From NCBI RefSeq assembly GCF_036365525.1, contig NC_090379.1, positions 34,277,790 through 34,341,789 on the forward strand: 64,000 nucleotides of DNA, in the 5' to 3' direction. The DNA comes from Heterodontus francisci (Eukaryota). The position numbers and the translations under genes were made by a program. Shown here in pieces: positions 27,950 to 40,536 of this stretch (its first letter is position 1; every line of letters begins with the position of its first letter). A model generated the notes under the pieces. That model did no database searches. It was not told the origin of the DNA and saw nothing but the letters and a program-made list of their open reading frames with translations.

Positions 27950-28977
27950 GAGACACTGGTCAGAAAGGAGTGATGAGAAACAGGTAGGGGTTTCTGAGAT
28001 TCATAAAACACAGAAGGGAACATGAAGGAGGGATTGGTAATCTCAGGTGCCAGTAAAACAATAGTGGCCACAAATACTAAGTTTCCTTGGATAGGGAACG
28101 AGAGAGAGAAACTTGTCATGCAGATCCCCACCTGCCAAGAATGAGGCATATTAATTTTGTCATATGAACATTGATTTTAAGCTGTTGCTGGAGTAAAGAA
28201 AAGATCACCAGACCTTTGACTGGAGGATATTTGCATACTAAAAGACGGTGCTTGTGGAGACAAAGAACTACTCCTTGGGCCAATGAACCCAGATGGATTT
28301 TGATCATCAGACATTGAAGGTGTAAGGAAGAGCATTCCAGGCACTGCAAAGATGATACAATCCACAAAAGACAGGACTGGTCACATGACTAACCGGCTGG
28401 TCTCGGCTTTGAATGAGACAAAGGAACAGAAGGCAGTTTTTGCAACTGAAGCTGGAACAAGGAAGCCTCTCTCCTGGCTGTCTCTCTCTCTTTCTCCCAA
28501 GCCACTGGACCCACGGAAGACACGTAAACCTCGAGAGGGAAAAGACTCCTACATCGAAACAAGTTGAAGCGTGAACTGGGCCCCAACAAACAGCAGGACT
28601 CACCGGCAACCAAACACTCCACATTGAACTCAAAGGACAGTAAATAACTAACAGGTATTGCCTCAAACTTTTCCCCTTTACTCTTTACTTTTCTGTCTCT
28701 ATCTGCGTGTGTGTTTATCGCGTATGCATGCTAGCGTGGTCGCGTCGCATATTCTTAGTCGTTAACAAGATTAGAGTTTAAGATTAATAAACTTCCACCT
28801 TTCTTACTTAAATCTAAGAAAACCTGTCTGATTTCTTTGCCTCACACTTGGAGCAGTGAACAAGGATTCACTGAGGGGGAGCTAAAATCATGGTGTTTTA
28901 AAATTAAACCCTGTTACGGTTAAACCAGACAAAGGCTGAGAGGGAACCCCTAGACCCGTTCTCACCTGGTCGTAACA
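27950..28977 (+). mobile_element. Probable solo LTR (left boundary uncertain)
   Basis: Ends ...ctcacctggtcgtaaca with an internal aataaa near 28786; no clear TG start identified. Confidence 0.4.
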
Positions 28978-29307
28978 AACTAGATTGCCCACTATACAAT
29001 ACATTTGTAAACATTCTCAATCTTACAGTAAGAAAAATAAAGCAAAATAACATATTGGTGCATGCTAATCAGTTTCATAATGACGTGAATGCTCATGTAT
29101 TGGATGATTCAGAAATATAACAGAAAAAGAAGAAAACTTACATCTTGAAAATGATCCCTTACATTCCTCCCAACTTATGTTTAAAAGCACTGAAAGATTA
29201 AAAACTATTCTAAAACCTTCCATAGCTGTTGCTTGAATGTAATAATGGCACTGGTCTGTGTTTGGTGAAAGCCCCTCCAACTTTTTCCAAGGTTTTCAAT
29301 ATAATCA

Positions 29308-29460
<153 letters not shown>

Positions 29461-29760
29461 TTAGTTTGTAAGGACTACCTTTAGCAATTACTTTTGAAAC
29501 TGTTTTCACCAAGGGTCCATGCACATATTCGACTGTAAAGTTATTAGCAATATGCCTGACTTGAGTCAAAGTTCAAAGAGTTCAGACTTTGCGCTAGAGT
29601 TCTGTAACAGTCATCTAAAGAAGATCCATGCATACTGAAACAGCATATCACAAAGTTCGTGCTGTGCAAAAATAGGAATGTCTATGTGGAGGAAAAGATC
29701 AGTTCAAAAATGTAAACAAAGAAATAATTCTAGCTCTTGATGATTTTTGACAAATACAAT

Positions 29761-30448
29761 GGGCTAAATTTTCAGGTCCCACTGAGGTCGGTTGCAGAGG
29801 CAGATGAGGCCCGAAAATACTGGCGCTGGCTGGTGTGCCGGTTTCCCAACTCAGTTCTTGGTGTCAGCCATTTTTGTCAAGGCAGGTTCGGGGCCGGTAG
29901 GGCTACCCACCCCCACAAGGCAGGTAGCCAATTAGACTCGTTAAGAGACTTGTTAACCACACTTAAAGGAGGCAGAGTCAAATTTTCCAGTCAGTCTCCA
30001 GTTTCCCGTCGCAACACAGTTTAGGTGCCTGGAGACAGGCACTCCAGGCAGACCCAGAGGTCCTCCCTGCCTGCCTAGGCACGGGTACAACTGCAGGCCG
30101 CCTTGTAGAGGGATTTCACACACCCATACCCCTCCCCCCATAGTGATGGCATGGCTGCTTTTTCTGTTTTTTTTAAAGCTTTAAAGTTGGGGAGAGCGGC
30201 TCCATATTGAGGTGCCCTCTCTGCTACTTACCCTTTACTGCAGCCTGCTGCTCCTCTCATGCTGGAAGGTCTCTGATTTGAGAGCCCGCCTGTCATCCTC
30301 AATGAGACAGGAAACCTGTTTCCATGCCACTTAAGCGGATGCCTCCATGAAAATCCTAACGAGTGACCGCTTTCCCCCACAAGGGCAGGTTCGGGACCCG
30401 AAACAGTCCCGAATTCTATTTCCCACCCCTGCAGGGAAAATTCAGCCC
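29761..30448. mobile_element. PIF/Harbinger-type MITE (different internal sequence)
   Basis: TIRs gggctaaattttc / gaaaattcagccc; TSD aat. Confidence 0.8.
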
Positions 30449-30814
30449 AATGTGTTAAAAATTAACATAGTTTCCTAAACTGCACATCACTTAATACTGC
30501 ATCTTTCTCCTGGGCAATTGTGTTTTTATTGCTCCTAAACTCTCAGGTTGCTACCAGTATGTAAACTTTCAAAGGTGTCAAACGATAAATAGGTATATAC
30601 AGCAAGATTGGAAGGTTTTGGAGAAGAGGTAAAGTGATCTGACCTGTACCACACAAACATTGTTTATTATGAAAAGCAGACTCTACCACCTACAGCTATG
30701 TCTGGATTTCTTCAGAAGAAATTGAAGATCTTACTACTTGGTACTGTACATGGGTTTTCACAAGAAGTAAATGCTACATACTGCTACTGAACCAACACTA
30801 GCAATGTAACTCAC

Positions 30815-30944
30815 ATTTCTCTCTTATGGTTAAAGTCAACTGCATATATAATCTCCTCTTCTCCATCTTTCACAATCTTCCAAATTGTTCCTCCAATCAT
30901 GTGACCTGCAGGCAAAGGAGTTATGGATAGACCGTGTCCTTTAC
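30815..30944 (-). CDS. CPSF2: CPSF2 coding exon 4
   Basis: [42 protein letters not shown]; 130 nt. Confidence 0.97.
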
Positions 30945-31778
30945 CTAGACAGAGAACAGAAAGGAAAACTTTCAGTAACTGAGTATAAAAGATACCAGTT
31001 TGCATATTGTATTTCAAAATATTCCTTGCAGCAGAAATTTGTTACAATCCTTTTGGTGCATAATTAAAGGCATGCCTCCAGTCTGTGCACAAACCGTGAG
31101 GAATGAGGCTCAACAGAAATTGAGCCTCGTTGTAATAATAGTTCTGAGCTGCCAGTGCCTGTCACGCTTCCAGAGGTAGCTCACCCATTTACCGGGATCC
31201 AAGTTGGGCCTCAGAGGTGGCAGTCCTTGTGCAAGTGCTGGGAGCGAATGGGAAGAGGACTGGCAGCATCCCACAGAAGTATTGTCGAACCAGGAGGAGA
31301 AATCCTGCTCCTCCTGGCTCCAGGTGGAAGTAAGATTAAAAACTTTATTTTTTTGGTGCCATCTCCAGTGTTCACCATAGGGACTACTGGATATGCCACA
31401 TGTACTCAATGCTGCCAAATTTGCTCGAGGGCTGATGAATCTCATTTATTTATGAGGGGCCTAATGCCCATTTAAAAGTGGCCACTACAGATTCTGGAAA
31501 GTTGCCTCCACCAGTATGGCTGCACCCATGCCCCAGGCACAAATCAGGCACGGGACACTGTACCCTGAAATCAGTCCTTATTGCCTCCGTTTTGTACCTG
31601 GGTAGAAAAAGGATTAACTATGAAATCCTGTTTAGAATATTTCTTCAGTTATATTCTACCTTTGTGGGGATGGAAAGAGGGAAGAGAAGGAGTCTTTACT
31701 GTTCCACATAATTCCCCAGCCAAGAAGTAAGCTAGTCTCAAGTCTATGACAATACTGCACTGTAACCCAACAATAGAT

Positions 31779-31993
31779 TAAAAGCAAAATACTGCAGATG
31801 CTGGAAATCTGAAATAAAAACAGAAAGTGCTGGAAATACTCAGCAGGTCTGGTAGCATCTGTGGAGAGAGAAGCAGAGTTAACGTTTCAGGTCAGTTCTG
31901 ATGAAAGGTCACTGATCTGAAACCTTAACGCCGCTTCTCTCTCCACAGATGTTACCTGACCTGCTGAGTATTTCCAGCACTTTCTGTTTTTAT
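31779..31993. mobile_element. Palindromic mini-element of inverted Penelope termini with central hammerhead motif
   Basis: Inverted arms of about 80 bp; ctgatgaaaggtcactgatctgaaac at 31898-31923; 12-bp TSD ccaacaatagat at 31767-31778 and 31994-32005. Confidence 0.85.
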
Positions 31994-32059
31994 CCAACAA
32001 TAGATGCAGTGCAATGGTAGACTGAATAGACTCAGCCAATTTTACCTCCCTCCCTTAGG

Positions 32060-32505
32060 TGCCAACTATAGCTGTTGGTAGCACTCTTGCCTCTGGATCA
32101 GAAGGGTTTGAGTTTAAGCCCCCACTCTAGAAACTTGCGCACAAAATCTAGGCTGACATTCCTGTTCAGTACTAAGGGTATGGAGGAACCATCTTTCGGA
32201 TGAGACATTAAACTGAGACCCCATCTGCCCTCTCATAAAGGATCCCTTGGCACTATTTGAAGAACAGCAGGAGAATTCTCTCTGGTGTCCTGGCCAATAT
32301 TTATCTATCAACCCACATCGCTAAAAAACAATCTGATTTGTATCTCATTGCTGTTTATGGGACCTTGAGGTGTGCAATTTGGCTGCCACATTTCCTACAT
32401 TACAACAGTGGCTACATTTCAAAAGGACTTAATTGGATGTAAAGTTCTTGGGGCACCCTGAGGTGGTAAAAAGCACTACTTAACTGCAAGTCTTCCTTTC
32501 TTCCT
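32060..32505 (+). mobile_element. DeuSINE (SacSINE1-like), near full length
   Basis: tRNA-like head (tggtagcactcttgcctctg...), Deu-domain-like core ggtgtcctggccaatatttatc, L2-like tail. Confidence 0.7.
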
Positions 32506-32723
32506 CAGGTGAAGCAGGTGGATGACGTTTCTTCAAACAACCCAGCTAAGATTGAAAACTTATGTAGGAGCAGGACATGGAAGCACAAATCCCGAAGCCA
32601 TCCACCTACTACAGCACACTGACATCAACCCACACCAGCACTGTAAATTTAGCATTATTTAATGGACCTCTGTTAATAAATTCAACTTAAGGATCTCTAT
32701 CCATGTTCTGTTTCTGGTCATAC

Positions 32724-32829
32724 CTTTTAAGTTGACAATCTGGGAATATTTCAGTTGCTGAATCTTGTCAAATGCTGCATCCACATCATCCAAAGTAAAT
32801 AGGGAGAACTCTTCAGTGTTGTGCCGAGA
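32724..32829 (-). CDS. CPSF2: CPSF2 coding exon 3
   Basis: [35 protein letters not shown]; 106 nt. Confidence 0.97.
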
Positions 32830-33144
32830 CTTGTAAGGAAAAAATGAAATCAATTTACAACTTTCCAGTAGCAAATTAAATTATGAGCTTAATATTTTAA
32901 TGTATGAAAATAAATTAGAATAAATATGTCTTACTTTCTTAGGATATTAATTATTTTTTAAAAAATGTTCAAGCAAAAACAAACACACATCAGGCTGAAT
33001 TGTACAATCTTGCAGCAGCTGGCAGCTCCTGCGATCACAACAGGAATGCAGTTACTACCAATATTAAGCCATCCAGACATTGGTGAAATCAACATTATTC
33101 TTAATGAAATAAATGAGAACACAGATTTCTTTCAATTAACTCAC

Positions 33145-33304
33145 CTGATAGAGATCGTACATAAACATCTGTCCCATCTTGTAAACAGGAATCGTGGCAT
33201 AAATGGCACAGTTTAAACCCAGTCTACCAACAGCATAAGGGAGAGCTCCCAGGTGTAAGGAATCAGGATGAGAAAGTAGGATTGCATCAACCAAATGAAC
33301 ATAT
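33145..33304 (-). CDS. CPSF2: CPSF2 coding exon 2
   Basis: [53 protein letters not shown]; 160 nt. Confidence 0.97.
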
Positions 33305-34069
33305 CTGCAACAAAAATTGCAATGCATTGTAATACGGCCACAAGTAATTCTCTTCAAATGTAATTGATCCTTTTACTCAAATGAGTAAAGATGAGTAATT
33401 ATGAACAAAGTGCTGAATGTATTTCAGTTTAAAAATTACCATAGGAAATTTAAGGAACTGCAGATGTGAAATTTGGGTCAGATATGAAACAAATGTGCAA
33501 AAATAATGAAATGAAAAAGAAGCAACTGGTTTGTTTTAAAAAAAAAGTCAGGCCATTTTTGAATGAAGATTTCTCGAAATTTCTGATGAATGTAACTGGC
33601 TTAAGCTTTACCATGGCTCAATGTACTACGTGATATTACACTGAACAATACAGGCCACTGGGAAATTCTATGTTTGAGCCCTGGGGAAGAGATGAGGAAA
33701 CATTAGAGAAATTTAAGATTCATTCTAGAGGCATCAGGGCCTCATTAATGTCCATAAAATGTTAAATGATATAGATAAAATATACCCAGATTATAACTTC
33801 AAATTAAAGCAAAAAAAAGCCCAAGGACATAAATTGATATCAGTGAAAAACAACTTTAAAAAGATATAAGGAAAAATGTATTTACTTAAAAGTCATAAAT
33901 ATTTATTATCGTCTAGAAAGTTAGGCCATAGATGTAAAAACATTGGTTTTATTGAAAGTATAATTAGATTGGAGACTTTAATACACAAAGGAGATAAATT
34001 TAAATGAACTGAATGGTCTTTGTTTATCTCCGACTTTTCTTATGTTCGATGACCTCTAAAATAAACTAT

Positions 34070-35290
34070 GGGCTGAATTTTACCAGCCCCTCAACGCCGT
34101 GGGTCGCAGCGGGGGGAATCCATAAAGTTCTGCCAAGAGACCAGCTTTGACCCCCGATGTCGAGCAGGGCCCGCCGCATATTACAATGGCACTCAAGTCA
34201 CCCTGAGTGTGGGGAAGGTGCCAGAAAGGGTAGGAGCATTAAGGTTATATGGACGGTGGGGGCAATCGAAGCAGCTGGTCGGATATTTATGTGGTCATGC
34301 TGATTCATCCTGAGTGTTAGCCAAGATGGGCAATGCCATGCCACACCGCATAGTTGATCCATGAAAGCACCTGATGTACCCGTCAACACCAATCCCTGCC
34401 ATGTTAGGAACCTTTGAATAAATGAAGGATACAACTTTATTTATCACATGGAAATGGGTATGGCTCATTCTAGATTGTGTGATCCGCTTCTCTTGACAAT
34501 CCATAAGTACCGGAGGCAAAATCAACAGGCAGGTGTGGTCCATGTAGAGGCCCCGGCTGTGAGCAGCAGCCCCCAAGGGGAGCTCTCCATTACAGGTCAC
34601 CACACATCTACAGGCCCCACATGACATTGGATGTCAGAGCACCAGTGTCAGAGGCGATTGCGCATGTAGTGTGTGTGGTGGTACGTCTCTAAGCCCTGCT
34701 TAACGACGACCTGCAATCCACGCACTTTGGTGGACATCCTATGCCTGCAGTCCTCATAGTAGCAACGGCTCTTATGGAGAACGGGCAGGAAATTGTTGAG
34801 GCCGAGATGAGATCAGCCATGATCATATTGAATGACGGAGCAGGCTCAAGGGGCTGAATTACCTATTCCTGCTCCTAGTTATGTTCTCTTAAGCTGCTCG
34901 CCTATGCATCTGCTTCTCTCCCCACAGATGCTGCCTGACCTGCTGAGTTTCTCCAGCACTTTCTGCTTTGCTGCCAGATTGACAGCAGCCCCACTCTTCA
35001 ACAGTGAGGTAAGTATTTCTTTGGCAGCTGTCAGGAAGCAGATGCTGGGGCGCTTAAAATAGGGCCCCAACACCTGCTACACAGCTCACAAAAGGTCCCT
35101 CACTGCGCCGGATGTCCTGCCTCTCCCCACGTAATATGGAGGGGGCGGGCGGCACGTCACAGTGATGCTGATGAGCCCTCGCGTGTAATATCGCCGGGGG
35201 GGGGGGTTCTGCGGCAGGCGCTGAGTGCGGGCAACCGCCAAGATCAAAGCGTGCTGCCGTGAAGTGCGACACGCTAATAAAATTGAGCCC
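34070..35290. mobile_element. Harbinger deletion derivative with nested CR1 and Penelope tails
   Basis: TIRs gggctgaattttac / taaaattgagccc; 34591-34669 (+) gives YRSPHIYRPHMTL/MSEHQCQRRLRM, resembling a Harbinger transposase N-terminus; CR1 3' UTR 34770-34890. Confidence 0.6.
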
Positions 35291-35833
35291 AATGTTTGGA
35301 AAATAGACAAAAATTGGAATCAGTCTCAACTGTGAGGACTCCTAATGATGAATGGTCTATAAACACTCACTGCCTCAGCTGGCATGTGAAGAATGGCCAT
35401 TTAAATAAGGTGCCAAACAGTTTCTATTACCCCGGTACCATATTTATGAAGTTACCACCTGCAGGTGATGGGGACCAGAGTAGGGCATTCAGCCACTTGA
35501 TCCACTTCCATCAGTCAATAAGATCATGGCTGATCTGTACCTCAACTCCATTTACTCACCTTTCCTCTGTGTCTACTGAGTTTGCCAACCTACTATAGCA
35601 TCTGGTCCAGCAACGCCTCAAATTTAAAATCTCATCCTTAGGTTCAAGTCCCTGCAGGGCCTCACTCATCCATATCTCTGTAACCTCCTCCAGCCCTGCA
35701 ACCCTCTAAGAACTCTGCCTTCTACCAATTCTGGTCTCTTATGCACCCCCAATTTCTTTCACCCCACCATTGGCAGCTATGCCTTCAGCTATCTAGCTAT
35801 AAATTAAGTCATTATAACAAATATTTTCCTTAC

Positions 35834-35982
35834 TTTTTCAGAGCATCTATTATATCCATGGAGAAGCTTTCATCCCAGCCACAATCAAGCAGAAAGCGGA
35901 ATTCATCCACCTGCAGCATGTAGCAGAGAGCAGATTCTTCCTGGACTCCAGAAATGGCAGTCAGCTTGATGATCGACGTCAT
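35834..35982 (-). CDS. CPSF2: CPSF2 coding exon 1 (ATG at 35982; acceptor puts exon start at 36009)
   Basis: [49 protein letters not shown]; donor gtaagg; 149 coding nt. Confidence 0.97.
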
Positions 35983-36404
35983 GATTGGTTTTCAAATAAA
36001 CAAGCACCACTAGAAAAATTGAGAAAGATATCAATGCACATAAATAGAATCTATTTAGATTTTAAATAGAACTAAAATAATGCCACTAGTAACATCACCA
36101 TTGGAGATCAACGCATAAAAAATATTATCTACTTTTGAATTCAGCAACTGAATTTTGAAGTAATTTATTCCTAATTAACTTGAGCTCTACCAAGACGTCT
36201 TTCAGGTCCAGTGATAAACAGTTTAACGGTTTGGTGTGGTGCATACAGGCTTGCAATTCTTACAGATGCATGTGCAACTGCTAAACTTCATTTGTCTGTT
36301 ATCTTTTCCATCTCCCTAAAAGATTCAAAATCACCAAGTTTTCTTTCTGGATGAGCTCTGTCGGGCAGGAAGGAGGTTGGTGAGATTAGGCCTAGCAGAC
36401 ATCA

Positions 36405-36512
36405 TCTTCTTCTTCTTTGACCTTGTCTCAAGAGACAATGGGTAAGTGGTTTGTGAAGTAGCGCCTGGAGTGGCTATAAAGGCCAATTCTAGAGTGACAG
36501 ACTCTTCCACAG
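36405..36512 (-). mobile_element. RTE LINE 3' end fragment
   Basis: Matches 40537-40660 (gcgcctggagtggctataaaggccaattctagagtgacag) with (aag)n tail. Confidence 0.8.
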
Positions 36513-36779
36513 ACATACCGGTTACAAAAGTGATAAATGGTTTAATGGTGTAGTGTGGTGTGGTGCACATAGGCTTGCAATTCTTACAGATTAATGAACA
36601 TGTTCAGCTGCTAAACTTGTGAGATTAAGCCCTAGCAGGCATACTGGGTATGAAAGTTGGCGGAAGAGGAGAATGGGGCACTGTGGTTGCTGCCAGTAAG
36701 TTAACTGTATAACTTTTCATTCCGAGGAAATTTACATTGCACTTTTTCCAATTCTTTATATCATTCCCACAATGGGGTG

Positions 36780-38710
36780 TCCGCCCTGCATATCAGGCCT
36801 TGTCGAGATTCAACATTACCTCCTTGCTTTTGTGTTCTGTGCTGCTAGATACAAAGGATTTTTTATAGTCATATCTACTTGAGCTGTAACCTTTAGTGAC
36901 CCAAGTTGCTCCACAACAAAATTCCAAAACTCCTCTATTCAAATCTTACTATTTGAAGCATATTTCCATTCCTTTTTCTTACATTCAATATTTATTGCTT
37001 CACATTTTTCTAGATTGCACTGCAACTGCCATCTTTCTACCCATCTCACTAATCCATGACCTTCTGTAGACTTTCACAATCCTTGTCATTATTTGTCATA
37101 TCCTCCATTTTGGTGTAATAAATGTAAAATACTGCAGATGCTGGAAATCTGAAATAAAAACAAAGTGCTAGAGATACTCAGCAGGTCTGACAGTATCTGT
37201 GGACAGAGAAACAGAGTTAACTTTTCAAGTCAGATATGACTCTTACACAGAACCGCATTTTAGTGTTATCAGCAAATTTAGATTTTCTTCCCCAATTTCT
37301 ATCCAGATCATTTACGCATATAGTAAAGCTGAGAGACCCAGTACAGACCCATGTTTATTAAGTACCATTATAATTTATGGTGGCTTTTTATAAAATAAAT
37401 ACCTTTATTGTAAGCCATAAGTTTCTTACCATTAGAAAATTCCAAGTCACCATTGAGTTATAATTATACATGGAGTGTAACAAAAAAATTGATCTAAATA
37501 CCAGATTGTCTGCCAGCACTATGTGTGAAGATTGACTTTGCTCAATAACCATCTGTGCACTCATTATCCAAAGTCCTGCCCCATCCTATACCTCCCATTG
37601 TCATTGTTTTCACAGAATTACGTAGAAATTGGCCGAGCCAATCTGTGTTAGTATTTATCCTCTACACAAGCAGTAGTCCTAATCGCATCTCGTTCCCACA
37701 TCCCTTTACCTCCCTTTCCTTCAACCACCTGTCTAATCTGTTCTTAAATGTTGACATGGTCCCTACTGCAAACAGCAACTCCGGCAGTGTATTGCACAGC
37801 CTAACAAATCTCTGTGCAAAAAGGTTGTTCCTGTCGCCTCTTCTATATCTCATACATTTCATCTAAATCTATATCCCCTCCTTATGAATCACTCAACCAC
37901 TCACTGAAAACTAACTGTTCCTTTCTCTTCTGATTTATCCCTTCATAATTTTAAACATTTGTATCAAATTACTCTGTAATCTTCTCCATTCTAATAAAAA
38001 CAGTCTCAATTTTCATGTCTTTCTCCCTATTTCCTCATACTAGGCAGCATTCAAGTAAATCTGCACACACACGTTCCCCACTGCAGCACACAATACCCCA
38101 AAACTGTGGTCATTGCCAAGGTCATTATACATTACATCTTAACTTTTGTACTCTATATCACTTGCCACAAAACCAAGTACTCTATTCAATTTTTACAGCT
38201 TTATGCATTAGAGGTGCTGCTTTTAATCCAAACTCACCCAAATCCTTCTCATCCTCCACAACTCAATCTTCTCCGAAAGTAAATGTACCACTTCACACTT
38301 AATCAAATTCCATTTTTTTTTCCGATGAAGGGTCACTGACCCGAAACGTTAACTCTGCTTCTCTTTCCACAGATGCTGCCAGACCTGCTGAGTGGTTCCA
38401 GCATTTCTTGTTTTTATTTCAGATTTCCAGCATCCACAGTATTTTGCTTCCATTTTTTTTTTGCCTCTGCCATTTTATCAATTTCCCTTTACAGTTTTCT
38501 TTGGTCCTCAGAACTATTTACCTTCTATTGTAGCAGATGGCTAATTTGGGCTCTATTTCCTCCAACTGTACATCCAAAGTATCATGTGTGGCCTCTGTCC
38601 CTGTGCACCACATCCACTGCATGTCCCCCATTCACCCTTTCTGTCATCTCCTCAAAGAACTCTATCAGGTTTGTTGAGCACAATCTCCCTATCTGAAATC
38701 CATGCTGGGT
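36780..38710 (-). mobile_element. Old CR1 fragments containing Penelope-terminus insertions
   Basis: NLFAQRFVRLCNTLP...TFKNRLDRWL; Penelope tails at about 37123-37255 (-) and 38322-38447 (+). Confidence 0.55.
38322..38447 (+). mobile_element. Short Penelope terminus starting at the hammerhead motif
   Basis: ccgatgaagggtcactgacccgaaacgttaact; TSD ttccattttttttt at 38308-38321 and 38448-38461. Confidence 0.8.
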
Positions 38711-38986
38711 CCTTCTAAATGTTTCCTTATATAATTTAGAGAAATAACACACTTCAGCCATTCCTTTTTTGTCTTTTTCCCTCTCCCTTATCGTCTACCT
38801 TTTCATCTTTGTCACTATCCTTCAAGACCATCTCTTGATCTCAGTCTCATAAACAAGTAAGCAAGACTCAACATTTCATAGAATGAATTTCTTTCAATTT
38901 GACTACGAAATGTGTACAAAATGCACTTCTTCCATAAAAATAAGTAGTTTTTCCATATTACTGCATTCCTTTTACAGCAAACAAAT

Positions 38987-39083
38987 CTAAGAAGGGTCAC
39001 TGACCCAAAACGTTAACTCTGCTTCTCTTTCCACAGATGCTGCCAGACCTGCTGAGTGATTCCAGCATTTCTTGTTTTTGTTT
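38987..39083 (+). mobile_element. Short Penelope terminus (mutated hammerhead core)
   Basis: ctaagaagggtcactgacccaaaacgttaactctgcttctctttccacagatgctgcc. Confidence 0.75.
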
Positions 39084-39775
39084 AAGAATGTGGCTTAGTG
39101 GCTGACAGAAAATTATGCCATCAGCAACTTTGCCTTTAAGGGGATGAGTTTTAAATCAGTCAGTATACTGCCAAGTCCCATTATATAACGTATACCAATG
39201 TGAAAGGAAAATTAGAACTCAATCGTTAACAACTCATGTGGTGTGAACTGTGAATTCTGCATCATGGGCATAATACTGGTTGTATTTTTCAAGGATATTG
39301 TTTAAGATTGGGCTGGATGGTCCTACGTTCTACTGAAAACGCTTTCATTTTAAACACAATAAAATAACTACAACACTTTATGTTGATTATTCTAATAAAC
39401 TAGAAACAAGTCATACGTCAATTGCGATATCAGATTTACTGCGGAAGACTAAAGTAGAAGTGCTGTTTTGTCTCGGTCCCTATTCATTTGAAAGTTTCTG
39501 GATGAGGATTATCCCTGAGCATACAAACAGATTAAATGAAGGGGGTCTCTGCGGCCTGTAATCCCTCCTATTTCTGAAGTTTCTCCGTGTTTATTCTTTA
39601 AATTCAGTCCCACCCCACCGTGCCCCGCGCGGTGACCCTGCAGCCCCCAATCACACACCGTGGATTTTTAATTAAGAGATATGCGACTCCTTTCAGTGAA
39701 ACATACCGGGGTAAAATTGAGTGCCAAGGCCGCTAGCCAGCGGCTGGCCGGCTGACTCCGTCCCTCCCTCTCTAC

Positions 39776-39845
39776 CTCCGAACACTTTACACCGCGAGTC
39801 CTGCTCCAGCGCCAAGTCCCGCTCCCCCGGCCGCCATCTTTCCCT
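39776..39845 (-). other. CPSF2: CPSF2 non-coding first exon (TSS approximate)
   Basis: Minus-strand donor cggag|gtagag just downstream of the YY1-like motif. Confidence 0.55.
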
Positions 39846-39899
39846 ACGTCACTGGGTCAGAGGTTAACGGACTCTACCACCTCCCGCACTCCCTCCGCT

Positions 39900-39993
39900 C
39901 CGGGTGTGTGTGTGTCGATCGGGCAGTTGCCCTTGGCTCCGGTTGAGGCTGAGGCGAGGGTGGCTTCAGGTTGGCGGATCGACCGTGCGGCAG
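39900..39993 (+). other. NDUFB1: NDUFB1 non-coding first exon (TSS approximate)
   Basis: Consensus donor cag|gtgagt at 39993/39994 inside the CpG island. Confidence 0.7.
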
Positions 39994-40536
39994 GTGAGTA
40001 TGGCCGAGGCTCAAGCTTCAGGGCGGTTAACCAGCTGGGGATTGAGTTCATGCTGAACCCTAGCCCTGTCCTCGCGGGTTGCGGGGAACCAATGTTCTTG
40101 TTGCTTCTCCGCTCCGGGCCTAAGCAGGCTCGCCGCTGCCTCTAAGGTCAGTCTGGGGAATCACTTGGATATGGGAAAAGGGAGGGAGGACACAGTTATA
40201 AAAATGTGTAGACAAGACAACAATGAGGAGAATATGAAAACAACTTCTGGATAGTACACGAGTCCATAACTTAGGCAGGTAAGTGTTAGATGAACTTTAA
40301 TGTGGAGAAATGAGAACTGATACATTTTGGGATGAACAGTAAAAGACAGGAAATACACAACAAATGATTACATTTTGAAAGGCGAGGAGCAGAAAGAGAT
40401 GGAGAGGGGGAGTCACATTAGTCTTTAAAAAAAAATGAGTGAACAAAATTGATACTGCTGTTCTTAGAGAAAACAGCATATGGGATTCTACGGCACCTTC
40501 CCCTGCAATCGCAGGAGGTGTAATACCTGCCCATTT

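Larger units (their letters stand above)
39600..40150. promoter_or_regulatory. CpG-rich bidirectional promoter of CPSF2 and NDUFB1
   Basis: CpG-dense; YY1-like ccgccatctt 39831-39840; CRE-like tacgtcac 39845-39852; outward-facing splice donors at 39776 (-) and 39993 (+). Confidence 0.85.

Noticed and set aside
36335-36391. Second non-coding CPSF2 5' UTR exon
   Set aside because: AG and GT are present on the minus strand, but the sequence before the AG is purine-rich RTE tail with no pyrimidine tract; unsupported without transcripts
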